A DNA stretch of 64,000 bases from an uncultured Christensenellaceae bacterium (GCA_910586655.1 CAJUIR010000006.1:5723-69722); one strand, 5' to 3'. Positions 18,210-28,465 are shown, counted from the first letter of the stretch. Numbers and translations: made by a program. The notes: generated by a model from the letters alone, not told the origin.

Positions 18210-18423
18210 TGCTTATCTCCTTATTCAATCGTTATCTTAACATACTTTGCCTTATATTACAATAGAAAACGTGAAAATAAGCGATTCTACTCTCAGTAGA
18301 GTCCGTTTTTGTTTAGTAGAACGAGAAACAAAAAAGGGAGAGTGAATTTGCAAAAACTAGCGTGTATTTTGAGGAAAAAAGTGGTAAATTATAAATAAGA
18401 AATTTTTATCATTCGGAGGCACT

Positions 18424-19326
18424 ATGGCTGATTTTGAAATTTTCGTTGATTCGTGTTCCAACATACCGGACGCGATCCGCAAAGAACGCAACATCCGCGT
18501 CATTTCTTACATCTGCACGATCAACGGCGAGGAGTACGTGTGCGTGGACGAAAAACGCAATTACACCGAAACCGCGAAATTATTCTATAAAAAAATGCGC
18601 GAAGGCGCCGACGTCAAATCTTCGCTCATCGGAGAAGAACGCTTTGCGGACGCGATGATCCCCTGCCTGGAAGACGGCAAAGATATCATTCTGATTACCC
18701 TGACTTCCGGTTTGAGCGGAACGTATTACCAGGCGGTCGCGGCACAAAAGGAATTGCAGAAGAAATATCCCGACCGTAAAATTTATATCTTCGACAGCGC
18801 AAACGCATCGCTCGGCGAAGGCTTGCTTGCCATTAAAGTCGCGGATCTGCGCGACAAAGGAGAAAGCGTAGACGCGTGCGCCGAATGGCTGAAAAAAAAC
18901 ATTTACCGCATGAACAGTTATTTCACGGTGGACGATTTGAAATACCTCAGAAAGAGCGGCAGAATTTCCACGGCGCTCGCCATTGCAGGCACCATTCTCA
19001 ACATCAAACCGATGCTGTGCGCAGACGGCGGCGAAAGCGCGAAAATGCACCTGTTCGGGAAAGTCCGCGGCAGAAAGAAAGCCCTCTCCGCCATCGTGGA
19101 AGCATTCGATAAAAACGTGATCGACCCCGAATCCCAAACGATCGCCATTGCGCATGCCGACTGCGAAAACGAGGCGTTGGAACTTGCGCAAACGCTGAAA
19201 GAACACGGCGCCAAGGACATTATCATCGAGTATTACGATATTTGTTCGGGTACGCACGTCGGACCGGGTACGCTTGCCCTGTTCTTTATGGGCGGAGACC
19301 GCCGCAAAAATGCTGCCAAAGCATAA
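18424..19326 (+). CDS. DegV-family fatty-acid-binding protein
   Basis: IFVDSCSNIP N-terminus, LTSGLSGTYYQA motif and ~300-aa length typical of DegV. GGAGG lies 6 nt upstream of the ATG. Confidence 0.88.
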   Translation: MADFEIFVDSCSNIPDAIRKERNIRVISYICTINGEEYVCVDEKRNYTETAKLFYKKMREGADVKSSLIGEERFADAMIPCLEDGKDIILITLTSGLSGTYYQAVAAQKELQKKYPDRKIYIFDSANASLGEGLLAIKVADLRDKGESVDACAEWLKKNIYRMNSYFTVDDLKYLRKSGRISTALAIAGTILNIKPMLCADGGESAKMHLFGKVRGRKKALSAIVEAFDKNVIDPESQTIAIAHADCENEALELAQTLKEHGAKDIIIEYYDICSGTHVGPGTLALFFMGGDRRKNAAKA

Positions 19327-19369
19327 AACCTGTTAAACCCAAGACAGCATTAAAATATAAAACAATCAC

Positions 19370-19401
19370 AACGCCCCGAAGGAAAATTCCTTCGGGGCGT
19401 T
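19370..19401 (+). terminator. Intrinsic terminator after degV-like gene
   Basis: 11-bp stem CGCCCCGAAGG/CCTTCGGGGCG. Confidence 0.75.
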
Positions 19402-19438
19402 GATTCTACCCTGTATCACACTGATAAGCAGTCGTATA

Positions 19439-19530
19439 TTACAACGCTTTTACGGAATCGGCAATCAACTGTGTAACGAACTGCGCGCCCGCAACGGAGA
19501 GGTGAACTCCGTCCTCTCTGAAATAATGAC
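19439..19530 (-). pseudogene. Possible 3' remnant of an SGNH/GDSL hydrolase gene
   Basis: The last ~30 codons of ORF 19439..19666 read HYFREDGVHLSVAGAQFVTQLIADSVKAL. This resembles the block V DxxH end of SGNH hydrolases. The upstream part of the ORF overlaps the asnS terminator and has no matching blocks. Confidence 0.25.
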
Positions 19531-19620
19531 CGCTCGTCACATAATAATACTGTAATATATAAAACAATCTCGTCCGCATGCAATGGAAACTTTCACCTAA
19601 GGGCGCGGTTTTCGTTATAC

Positions 19621-19657
19621 AAAAAAAACCGCCAAGAAATTCGATCCTTGACGGTTT
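19621..19657 (-). terminator. Intrinsic terminator after asnS
   Basis: Imperfect stem ACCGTCAAG/CTTGGCGGT followed by T8 on the minus strand. Confidence 0.7.
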
Positions 19658-19689
19658 GGTAAACACAATATTTAAAGGTATTGAAAAGT

Positions 19690-21063
19690 TTACATGATGT
19701 TATTGACCGAACGGGGAAACAGCGTCACGTCGCGGATATTTTCCATACCCGTTACGTACATGACAAACCGCTCGAATCCCAACCCGAAACCGCTGTGCGG
19801 AACGCTTCCGAACGTGCGCAGATCGAGATATTGTTTATAAGCATTCACATCCATCTTCCGTTCTTTCATCGCGGTAAGCAGTTTTTCAAGGTCGGCTTCG
19901 CGCTCGCTGCAACCGATGATCTCGCCGATCCCCGGGACCAGCAAATCCGTTGCGGCAACCGTTTTTCCGTCGGCATTCTGCTTCATATAGAATGATTTGA
20001 TCGCTTTGGGATAATTGGTAACGAACACGGGTTTTTTGAATATCACTTCGGTAAGATACTTCTCGTGTTCGGTTTGAAGATCGCATCCCCATTCTACGGG
20101 GTATTGGAATTTGGCGTCCGCTTTTTTCAGAAGTTCGACCGCTTCCGTATAATCGCAAACGGCGAACTGACTGTTGACAACGCCGAGCAACTTTTCTTTC
20201 AATCCCTTTTCGATGAACGAATCGAAGAATCCGATTTCTTCGGCACATTCGTCCAGAACCGCGCGGATGACGTATTTCAGCATTTCCTCTGCGATTTCGA
20301 TAATGTCGGGAAGTTCCGCAAACGCAACTTCGGGCTCGATATGCCAGAACTCTGCGAGGTGACGCGTCGTGTTGGAATTTTCGGCGCGGAAGGAAGGTCC
20401 GAACGTGTAAATTTTAGAAAACGCCGTTGCCGCGACTTCTCCTTCCAGTTGCCCCGAAACGGAAAGTCCCGCCTTTTGTCCGAAAAAATCGTTCTGATAG
20501 TATTCTGCTTCGGACGCGCATTTCGCGCCGTACGGCTGCGTGGTTACGCGGAACATCTCCCCCGCGCCTTCGCAATCGCTCGCCGTGATGATGGGCGTAT
20601 TGATATAATAATAGCCGTGTTCGTGGAAATAACGGTGGATCGCCTGCGCCGCAACCGAGCGGACTTTAAACACCGCGGTAAACGTGTTGGTACGAAGGCG
20701 CAAATGAGGAATGCCGCGCAAAAATTCGAGCGTCGTTCTCTTTTTTTGTATGGGATATTCAGGCGGACATTTTCCGAGCAGTTGCACGTCTTTCGCATTG
20801 AGTTCCACGCCGTCGCCCTTGAATGCTTTGACCACTTCTCCCGTTACGCACAACGCCGCGCCCGTTTTGCTGCATTCGCTCCCGAGCACGACCGCATTTT
20901 TATCGACCACCGCCTGTAAGCGAGAAAAACACGTGCCGTCGGCAAGTTCCAAAAATGCGACCTGAGAGGAATCGCGGAAGGTACGCACCCATCCGCACAC
21001 CGTGACCGTTTTGCCCAGATAGGTTTTGTCGTTCAAAATATCCTTAATGTCGATATGCTTCAT
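19690..21063 (-). CDS. asnS: Asparagine--tRNA ligase
   Basis: OB-fold N-terminus (VTVCGWVRTFRDS) and class IIb motifs including FRAENSNTTRHLAEFWHIEPE and a GFGLGFER end. Confidence 0.93.
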   Translation of the reverse strand: MKHIDIKDILNDKTYLGKTVTVCGWVRTFRDSSQVAFLELADGTCFSRLQAVVDKNAVVLGSECSKTGAALCVTGEVVKAFKGDGVELNAKDVQLLGKCPPEYPIQKKRTTLEFLRGIPHLRLRTNTFTAVFKVRSVAAQAIHRYFHEHGYYYINTPIITASDCEGAGEMFRVTTQPYGAKCASEAEYYQNDFFGQKAGLSVSGQLEGEVAATAFSKIYTFGPSFRAENSNTTRHLAEFWHIEPEVAFAELPDIIEIAEEMLKYVIRAVLDECAEEIGFFDSFIEKGLKEKLLGVVNSQFAVCDYTEAVELLKKADAKFQYPVEWGCDLQTEHEKYLTEVIFKKPVFVTNYPKAIKSFYMKQNADGKTVAATDLLVPGIGEIIGCSEREADLEKLLTAMKERKMDVNAYKQYLDLRTFGSVPHSGFGLGFERFVMYVTGMENIRDVTLFPRSVNNIM

Positions 21064-21122
21064 GATAAACTCCTTATCTCCCGAATTTTATGATTTTATT
21101 CCGCTTGAAGAGCCGTCCGAAT

Positions 21123-23165
21123 TCAGCAGCCGCGCGAACCGCCGCCCCCGCTGCCGCCGCCCGACGAACCGCCGTGTCCGCCTCCGCCGCCTGACGAGCC
21201 GCCCGACGAAGAAGAAAGCGACCGCGACATACTGCCGAAAGCCGAAGGCGAGATGCCGCACGCCCATTCCGGCGCGGCGATATTTAATGGTTTGAACCGC
21301 TTTTCCACTTGTTTGCTGATGCCCATCACCAAACAGTACGGAATGATATCCGAAAAATAATCGGGATTTTCATCAAACAGCAGTTTGATGCGATCCAGTT
21401 CCGCCGTGAGCAAAAACTGTTTGAACCCGCGCATTTTTCCATAATCATGCATCACGTCAGGATCGCGGCGCGTCAGGAAATGCAGCGCGACCTGCGCGAG
21501 CGCCCAGATGGCAAGAGAGAGATATAACAATCCCGCGTAATCGTAGAGCGGCAGATAAAAAATCGAACTCAGCGCAAAAAACGGCAATGCGGTAAAAGCA
21601 ATCGGGAAGACGTATGCGATCGGAGTCATCCGTTCTTTCGCCTGAAAAGACCCCACTCCCGTTCCCGCCGCAATAAAGATGAAGAAAAAGATCGGTATTG
21701 CGCTCATGCTGAGAATACAATAATAAATGATCGTCATTAAAAACGGCACGAGCGAAGCAATCGTAAGAAGAATATGCCCGCGCATGAGATTGGGATAAAG
21801 AACGCTCGGCGTTTCGCCCATCATTCGCATCTTTTCGGCCTTTTGACTCAGTTTGCGCTTTTTGTGTGGATCGGAGGAACGTTTCATTTCGCGCGTCGAA
21901 AAATACGAATTCTCCCCGAATCCGCCGAACATCGGTTGAAACAGTTCGTCGAAATACTCGCGTTCGCTTTTTCCCGTTGTCAATTCCTCGTACGTTTCGT
22001 TCACCGCATCCAACAGCGCGCCCGAACCGGTTTTTTCCAGCATTTCGACAACTTGCTTATAAGACTGCAACGTCTCTTCGTTTTCTTTTCTGACGACTTC
22101 GGGCAGATCCTGCAATTTATAGACGGTAAAGTCGTTTGCGCCGTCTTTTTCGATCCGCACGCAGCCCTTCGATGCCCACGAAGTGATCACCGCGCCGAGA
22201 TCCTGCCTGCGTGCTCTGCCGTGCCATATCGCCGAATAGCGCATTACGTTCATTCCTTCGGGCGGATAAAACTCCACTTGCGCAATAGGCTTTCTTCCGC
22301 GATATTTCAAAAATAAGATAATTCCCGCACCCAATGCCGCCGCCGCAAGCACGGCAAACGGAATGTAATACCAAAAGAACGTGCGCTGCGTTTCAAAGTA
22401 TCCGTCGTCAAAAAGCGCTTGCAGCGTATAGCCCTTGTGTTCCTTCATGGGACGTGCGGACATCGTGACCGTATTTCCGTCGATTCGTTTGGTTTCTCCT
22501 TCGGAGGGTTCCCACGCCGCTTTCCCGTTCGTACGGAAGGAAACTGCGCTTTCGTCCAATACAGACGGGAACGTCACGGTTGCGGAAAAACGTTTGGTAT
22601 AATCCATCGCATAACCGAGCAAATCGATCGTTAAATCGTCATAGCCGGAAACTTTATCGTCGCCGACGCCGTACACGTAGGATAGCACGAACGTATTACA
22701 ACTGTTTTTATCGCTCTGGTCGGTCGCCGGAAAGTAACTCCCATCCTGTTTCTGCATTTTTACGGAATGAAACTGACCCTGACCGTAATAACTCCGAGTC
22801 ACTTTGGCAGGCGCTCCGTTGATGGTCACTTCCACGTCCGAAAGCGTCGTGAGAAAATTCTTTCCGCGTTTTTCTTTTCCGTCGATGATCCGCGCCGTTT
22901 GCGAAACGCGCTGAATATCGCGGATGATTCCGGTATTCTGACCGCCTTTCAGAAAACCGACTTTCATGGTTTCGGTGACGTGCACGGATTTATCGCGCCT
23001 CACGTCCATGACGACGGAAATTTCTTCAAACCACCAATTGGTATCGATGACCGTTTTCCCGCTCTCTTCGTCGTAATACGAGTCCGCAGAAACGGATACC
23101 GAGCAAACGGAAAACGCCGATATCAAAGTAAAAAACGTTAAAATCAAAAACAGCGTCTTTTTCAA
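21123..23165 (-). CDS. DUF2207-family membrane protein with Gly-rich C-terminal tail
   Basis: Signal peptide, ~250-aa extracytoplasmic domain, several TM helices and a tail SSGGSSGGGGGHGGSSGGGSGGGGSRGC. It lies 15 nt downstream of proS and 59 nt upstream of asnS. Confidence 0.7.
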   Translation of the reverse strand: MKKTLFLILTFFTLISAFSVCSVSVSADSYYDEESGKTVIDTNWWFEEISVVMDVRRDKSVHVTETMKVGFLKGGQNTGIIRDIQRVSQTARIIDGKEKRGKNFLTTLSDVEVTINGAPAKVTRSYYGQGQFHSVKMQKQDGSYFPATDQSDKNSCNTFVLSYVYGVGDDKVSGYDDLTIDLLGYAMDYTKRFSATVTFPSVLDESAVSFRTNGKAAWEPSEGETKRIDGNTVTMSARPMKEHKGYTLQALFDDGYFETQRTFFWYYIPFAVLAAAALGAGIILFLKYRGRKPIAQVEFYPPEGMNVMRYSAIWHGRARRQDLGAVITSWASKGCVRIEKDGANDFTVYKLQDLPEVVRKENEETLQSYKQVVEMLEKTGSGALLDAVNETYEELTTGKSEREYFDELFQPMFGGFGENSYFSTREMKRSSDPHKKRKLSQKAEKMRMMGETPSVLYPNLMRGHILLTIASLVPFLMTIIYYCILSMSAIPIFFFIFIAAGTGVGSFQAKERMTPIAYVFPIAFTALPFFALSSIFYLPLYDYAGLLYLSLAIWALAQVALHFLTRRDPDVMHDYGKMRGFKQFLLTAELDRIKLLFDENPDYFSDIIPYCLVMGISKQVEKRFKPLNIAAPEWACGISPSAFGSMSRSLSSSSGGSSGGGGGHGGSSGGGSGGGGSRGC

Positions 23166-23180
23166 AACATCACCTAAGAA

Positions 23181-24611
23181 TCAGTAGGCTCTTGCAAAAA
23201 ATACCGTGTGAACGGATTCTTTTCCGCAGACTACGCACTTTTTCACCGAATTGGTTTTATCCATCACGCGCGAAGTCGCCTGCGCAAATTCTTTCACTTT
23301 GTCCTCGCAGGCGCGGCATCCGCACCAACCGGCGCGAACGAAATTGCCCGTGTTGACGCCCTCCAACAACCCGTCGAGCGTTTCCGCGTTCACGATCCTC
23401 GAATCCATCCGTTCCTTCGCTTTCCGGTACATATTTTCCGAAATTTCTTTTAAAAGCGCTTTTACGCTCTCGGCGGCGCCGTCGAGCAAAATTTCGGATT
23501 TCTCGAAATTATCGCGCCGTGCGCACAGCATTTTCCCAGCCTCCAAATCGCGCGGACCGAGTTCGATGCGGAGCGGCACGCCCTTCATCTCCCATTCGTT
23601 GAACTTCCAGCCGGGGGAGTTTTCGCTGTCGTCCAAAACGACGCGAAGACCCGACTCCGTAAGCGATTGTTTTAACGCGCGGCAAGCGTCCAATACGCCC
23701 TCTTTTTTGGCGGCAATGGGAATGATCACTGCCTGTACGGGCGCAACGACGGGCGGCATCACCAAACCTCTGCTGTCGCCGTGCGTCATGATCAGCGCGC
23801 CGATCAGACGCGTCGATACGCCGAACGACATAGTATAACCGTATTTCTGCACGCCGTCTTTATCTGTAAATTTAATATCGAACGCCTTTGAAAAATTCTG
23901 ACCCAAATAATGCGACGTTCCCGACTGCAAACTCTTTCCGTCGTGCATCATGGCTTCCATTCCGTACGTTGCAACCGCGCCCGCGAACTTCTCCTTTTCG
24001 GTCTTCTTCCCCGTTAAAACGGGCATTGCAAGCACGTTTTTGGAAAATTCTTCGTAAACGGCAAGCATCTTCTGCGTCTCCGCTTCGGCTTCCTCTGCGG
24101 AAGCAAAGACAGAATGTCCCTCCTGCCACAAAAATTCGCTCGTTCTCAGGAAAGGACGCGTCGTCTTTTCCCAACGCATGACGTTTGCCCACTGGTTCAT
24201 GCGAAGGGGCAGATCGCGCCAGGATTCGATCCAGTTTCCGTACATCTTGCCGATAATGGTTTCCGACGTAGGACGGATGCAGAGCGGTTCCGCAAGTTTT
24301 TCGCCGCCCGCGTGGGTCACTACGGCTACTTCGGGCGCAAACCCTTCCACGTGTTCCGCCTCTTTGGTCATAAAACTCATGGGGATCAAGAGCGGAAAAT
24401 AGGCGTTTTCGTATTCGTTCTCACGAAAGCGCGCGTTAAATTCGCGTTGGATATTCTCCCAAATCGCATACCCGTAGGGACGAATAACCATCGTGCCCTT
24501 TACGGGTCCGTAGTCTACCAGTTTGGTCTTTAACACGACGTCCGAATACCATTGCGGAAAGTCGCTTTCGATGTCTGCAATCTGCGATACGAACTGATTC
24601 TCTTTTCCCAT
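23181..24611 (-). CDS. proS: Proline--tRNA ligase, archaeal/eukaryote-like class IIa form (no INS editing domain)
   Basis: 476 aa. It has the FPQWYSDV..LVDYGPVKGTMVIRPYGYAIWE N-terminus, a C-terminal Zn module (CGCRAC...CVVCG) and the conserved terminal Tyr (..FARAY). Confidence 0.92.
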   Translation of the reverse strand: MGKENQFVSQIADIESDFPQWYSDVVLKTKLVDYGPVKGTMVIRPYGYAIWENIQREFNARFRENEYENAYFPLLIPMSFMTKEAEHVEGFAPEVAVVTHAGGEKLAEPLCIRPTSETIIGKMYGNWIESWRDLPLRMNQWANVMRWEKTTRPFLRTSEFLWQEGHSVFASAEEAEAETQKMLAVYEEFSKNVLAMPVLTGKKTEKEKFAGAVATYGMEAMMHDGKSLQSGTSHYLGQNFSKAFDIKFTDKDGVQKYGYTMSFGVSTRLIGALIMTHGDSRGLVMPPVVAPVQAVIIPIAAKKEGVLDACRALKQSLTESGLRVVLDDSENSPGWKFNEWEMKGVPLRIELGPRDLEAGKMLCARRDNFEKSEILLDGAAESVKALLKEISENMYRKAKERMDSRIVNAETLDGLLEGVNTGNFVRAGWCGCRACEDKVKEFAQATSRVMDKTNSVKKCVVCGKESVHTVFFARAY

Positions 24612-24646
24612 ATTCTATACTCCGTTTTCATGCAATTAACAGGAAT

Positions 24647-24675
24647 ATTATACCATATCTTTTCCGACGCGTCTA
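24647..24675 (-). promoter_or_regulatory. Candidate proS promoter (TAGACG-17-TGgTATAAT, extended -10)
   Basis: Read on the minus strand. It leaves a ~30-nt leader ending in GGAG 8 nt before the ATG, with no room for a T-box. Confidence 0.5.
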
Positions 24676-24821
24676 TTGTTTTGAAATATTTTTACAGCCA
24701 AAAAAACGAACGGTAACGGCGGATCCCGTTTCAGCATATCTTAATGAGTGGCGCAAACTTTGAAAGTAGCGGTAATTTTGACGGAATTTCATTTTTTGTG
24801 CGGTTTTGTTGCAAAATTTTC

Positions 24822-24850
24822 TTGATAAAAACGCATTTCTTTTGTATAAT
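24822..24850 (+). promoter_or_regulatory. Promoter TTGATA-17-TATAAT of the phosphohexomutase-tkt unit
   Basis: -35 at 24822..24827 and -10 at 24845..24850, 48 nt upstream of ATG 24899. Confidence 0.65.
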
Positions 24851-24898
24851 GAAACCGTACGGACGGAGAACGCATCTCTCCTTCCAAATAAGGAAATT

Positions 24899-26401
24899 AT
24901 GACGCGCGAAACATTATTACAACTGAAAAACGGAACGGATATCCGCGGAACGGCGATCGGCACGCAAAACGATCCGGTGACGCTGACGGACGAGGCGGTC
25001 AGCGCCATTGCAAAAGCGTTTTGTGTGTGGGCGGCGAAAAAAACAGGAACTTCCGCACCTGTCATCGCCGTGGGCCACGATTCCCGTCTTTCGGCGGAGC
25101 ATATCGCCTCGCTCGTCGAAAAAGCCGTTTGCGCATGCGGAGGAAACGTGATCCTCACGGGACTTTCTTCCACACCCTCCATGTTTATGCTGTTGCAGGA
25201 CGATTTCGGTGCAGACGCATCGATCATGATCACGGCGAGCCATTTGCCCTACCAGAAAAACGGCTTGAAGTTTTTCTTGAAATCGGGCGGACTGGAAGGC
25301 TCTGAAATCACCGAATTGCTTGAAATCGCGGCAAAAGGAACCTTCCCGAATGGAAACGGAACATCCGAGAAAAAGTCTTACCTTGAAATATATGCGAACG
25401 GGCTTGTGGAAAAAGTACGCGCGGCGTGCGGGAAACAGCAACCTTTAAAGGGAAAAAAGATCCTTGTAGATGCGGGAAACGGCGCAGGCGGATTTTATGC
25501 GGACCTCGTATTGAAACCGCTCGGCGCGGATATCGGCGGTTCGCAGTTTTTGGAACCGGACGGAACTTTCCCTAACCACATTCCCAATCCCGAAAATCAA
25601 ACGGCAATGCAATCGGTGTGCGATGCAGTCAAACGCCACGAAGCCGACTTCGGCATCATATTCGATACGGACGTAGACCGCGCAGGCGCCGTTTCCCATA
25701 ACGGCGAAGAAATCAACCGCAACCGTCTGATCGCGCTCATTTCGGCAATTCTTTTGGAAGAAGAAAAGGACGCATATATTGTAACCGATTCGGTAACAAG
25801 CGACGGGCTGGCGCAGTTTATTCAAAGCCGCGGCGGCGTACACCACCGCTTTCAGCGCGGATATAAAAACGTGATCAACGAAAGCATCCGCCTGAACCGA
25901 GAAGGAAAGAACTCCCCTCTTGCGATCGAAACCAGCGGACATGCGGCGTTTAGAGAAAATTATTTCCTCGACGACGGCGCATACCTTGTGACAAGGCTGC
26001 TCATCGCGCTTGCGAAATGCGCCGAACAAGGCAAGGATCTACTCGATCTGATTTCCTCTCTGCCCGAAGCAAAGGAGAAAACGGAAATCCGCCTTAACTT
26101 CCGCGGCGGCGTCGATTTTAAAACGCTGGGCAACGGCGTAATCGACGACCTGAAAGAAAAAGCGCGCCGCTCTTTTGCGCTTTCGCTCGCGCCCGATAAC
26201 TACGAGGGCGTGCGCATTAACTTTTCAAAAGACGCCGGAGACGGCTGGGCGCTTATCAGAATGAGTCTGCACGAGCCGATCATGCCCATCAACGTCGAAA
26301 GCAATTCCATCGGCGGCAATGCGAAAATCATCGAAACGCTTTACGGTTTTTTAAAGGATTATCCCTTTTTAATGACCGATCACATGACGAAAACAATTTA
26401 A
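24899..26401 (+). CDS. Phosphoglucomutase/phosphomannomutase-family phosphohexomutase
   Basis: Phosphoserine loop ITASHLPYQKNG, Mg loop FDTDVDR and sugar loop ETSGH. I set the start at ATG 24899 (AAGGAAA SD); the listed ORF start at 24806 lies upstream of the promoter. Confidence 0.85.
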   Translation: MTRETLLQLKNGTDIRGTAIGTQNDPVTLTDEAVSAIAKAFCVWAAKKTGTSAPVIAVGHDSRLSAEHIASLVEKAVCACGGNVILTGLSSTPSMFMLLQDDFGADASIMITASHLPYQKNGLKFFLKSGGLEGSEITELLEIAAKGTFPNGNGTSEKKSYLEIYANGLVEKVRAACGKQQPLKGKKILVDAGNGAGGFYADLVLKPLGADIGGSQFLEPDGTFPNHIPNPENQTAMQSVCDAVKRHEADFGIIFDTDVDRAGAVSHNGEEINRNRLIALISAILLEEEKDAYIVTDSVTSDGLAQFIQSRGGVHHRFQRGYKNVINESIRLNREGKNSPLAIETSGHAAFRENYFLDDGAYLVTRLLIALAKCAEQGKDLLDLISSLPEAKEKTEIRLNFRGGVDFKTLGNGVIDDLKEKARRSFALSLAPDNYEGVRINFSKDAGDGWALIRMSLHEPIMPINVESNSIGGNAKIIETLYGFLKDYPFLMTDHMTKTI

Positions 26402-26414
26402 GGAGAAAAGATAC

Positions 26415-28415
26415 ATGCAGCAAACCACGATCAACGCAATCCGTATTCTTTCGGCGGAAGCAATTCAGAAGGCAAATTCGGGTCACCCGGGGCTGCCCCT
26501 CGGCTCTGCCCCGATCGGCTATGCGCTCTTTCAGAACTTTTTGAAATTCAATAATCTGGACGTCAAGTGGGATAACCGCGACCGCTTCATTCTTTCCGCG
26601 GGACACGGCTCCATGCTTAATTATTCCCTCCTCTATCTCTACGGATTCGGACTGACCAAAGACGATCTCGCCCGTTTCCGTCAGTTGGGTTCCAAAACGC
26701 CGGGGCATCCCGAATACGGTCAGACGCTGGGAGTCGAAACGACCACGGGTCCTTTGGGACAGGGAATCGCCAACGCCGTAGGCATGGCGGTTGCAGAAGC
26801 GCATCTGGCGGCAAAATTCAACCGCAAGGGATTCCCGATCGTAGACCACTACACCTACGCGATTTGCGGCGACGGCTGCTTGGAAGAAGGTATTTCTTAC
26901 GAGGCTTGCTCGTTTGCCGGTGCGAACAATCTGGGGAAACTGATCGTATTTTACGACGATAACGATATCACGATCGAAGGAAATACCGACATCACGTTTA
27001 AAGAAGACGTTGCGAAACGCTTCGAAGCACAGAACTGGCAGGTACTCAAAGTCGACCTGGTGAAAAAGCCCGACGACGTAAAGTCCCTCTGCGCCGCCAT
27101 CAAAAAAGCGCGCAAAAACAAGAAAAAACCCACTCTTATTATTTGCAAAACGCATATCGGTTACGGTTCGCCCTTGGAAGGAAGTGAAAAATGCCACGGC
27201 GCCCCCCTCGGCGAGGATAACGTACAAAAGACGAAAGAAACGCTCGGCTGGACGTGCAAGGAACCGTTTGAAGTGCCTTGGGAAGTTTTAAAACACACTT
27301 CTACCCCCGGCGCAAAAGGCGCAAAGTTGGAACAGGACTGGAAAAACCTGTTTGCAAAATACGAACACCAGTATCCCGAACTCGCCAAAGAATACAAGGC
27401 GGCGATGAGCGGCGAACTTCCCGATCTCGAACAAATCGAAGGCATGTTCGATTTTGAAAAACCGTCGGCGACGCGCCAGTCCTCGTCCGTCATTCTCAAC
27501 AAAATTGCGGCGCTCGTTCCTTCACTCGTCGGCGGAAGCGCAGACCTTGCGCCCTCGAATCTGACCCAAATGAAAGATACGGACACCGTAACTTACGGCG
27601 ATTTCTCTCCTGCCAACTATGCGGGAAGAAACATCCACTACGGAATCCGCGAACACGCGATGGCTGCGATCGCAAACGGGATTCAACTCCACGGCGGACT
27701 GCGCTGTTTCTGCTCCACATTCTTTATATTTACCGATTACTGCAAAAACGCCATGCGTCTCTCCGCACTCATGAATATTCCCGTCCTATATATCCTGACG
27801 CACGACTCCATCGGCGTAGGCGAAGACGGACCGACGCATCAGCCCGTAGAACAACTGATCGCGCTTCGCTCCATTCCCAATATGAAAGTGTACCGCCCTG
27901 CCGACGGCAAAGAAACGGCTGCGGCTTGGATCTCTGCGATGACGGGAACTGCCCCCACCGCGTTGGTCCTCAGCCGCCAGACACTGCCGCAATACGCAAA
28001 GAGCGGACTGGGCGCACTGAAAGGCGGATATATCCTCGAAGACTGCAAAGGAAGACCCGACATTATCCTGATCGCAAGCGGTTCGGAAGTGGAGCAGTGT
28101 ATCGGCGCAAAAGCGGAACTTCATAAAGAAGGATTAAAAGTTCGCGTTGTTTCGATGCCCTGCATGGAAGTATTCGAACAACAGGACGCAAAATACAAAG
28201 AGAGCGTACTCCCCTCCTCCGTCAAAGCGAGGGTTTGCGTAGAAGCGGCTTCTCCTTACAGTTGGTATAAATACGCGGGCGAAAACGGCGAAATCATTGC
28301 AATGGATACGTTCGGCACCAGCGCCCCCGGCCCCGTCCTGTTTGACAAATACGGGTTCACGGTGAAAAACATCGTGGAAAAAGCCAAAAAGAGTTTGGAT
28401 CGGGTAGAAGACTGA
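26415..28415 (+). CDS. tkt: Transketolase
   Basis: 666 aa with SGHPG, CGDGCLEEG (TPP motif) and THDSIGVGEDGPTHQP motifs. Confidence 0.95.
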   Translation: MQQTTINAIRILSAEAIQKANSGHPGLPLGSAPIGYALFQNFLKFNNLDVKWDNRDRFILSAGHGSMLNYSLLYLYGFGLTKDDLARFRQLGSKTPGHPEYGQTLGVETTTGPLGQGIANAVGMAVAEAHLAAKFNRKGFPIVDHYTYAICGDGCLEEGISYEACSFAGANNLGKLIVFYDDNDITIEGNTDITFKEDVAKRFEAQNWQVLKVDLVKKPDDVKSLCAAIKKARKNKKKPTLIICKTHIGYGSPLEGSEKCHGAPLGEDNVQKTKETLGWTCKEPFEVPWEVLKHTSTPGAKGAKLEQDWKNLFAKYEHQYPELAKEYKAAMSGELPDLEQIEGMFDFEKPSATRQSSSVILNKIAALVPSLVGGSADLAPSNLTQMKDTDTVTYGDFSPANYAGRNIHYGIREHAMAAIANGIQLHGGLRCFCSTFFIFTDYCKNAMRLSALMNIPVLYILTHDSIGVGEDGPTHQPVEQLIALRSIPNMKVYRPADGKETAAAWISAMTGTAPTALVLSRQTLPQYAKSGLGALKGGYILEDCKGRPDIILIASGSEVEQCIGAKAELHKEGLKVRVVSMPCMEVFEQQDAKYKESVLPSSVKARVCVEAASPYSWYKYAGENGEIIAMDTFGTSAPGPVLFDKYGFTVKNIVEKAKKSLDRVED

Positions 28416-28429
28416 TCCGATCAGAACAC

Positions 28430-28460
28430 GCCGCGCCGGATCCGGCGCGGCTTTTATTTT
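28430..28460 (+). terminator. Intrinsic terminator after tkt
   Basis: Stem GCCGCGCCGGA/TCCGGCGCGGC followed by TTTTATTTT. Confidence 0.85.
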
Positions 28461-28465
28461 AAATT

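Noticed and set aside
18286-18300. Palindrome TCTACT-ctc-AGTAGA in the GH13/degV divergent intergenic region as an operator
   Set aside because: It is short, I could not place it relative to a convincing promoter, and there is no regulator gene nearby. I left it unannotated.
24612-24700. T-box leader upstream of proS (also checked 21064..21122 upstream of asnS)
   Set aside because: The leaders are only ~30-60 nt. No T-box sequence (..GGTGGTACCGCG..) or terminator/antiterminator pair is present.
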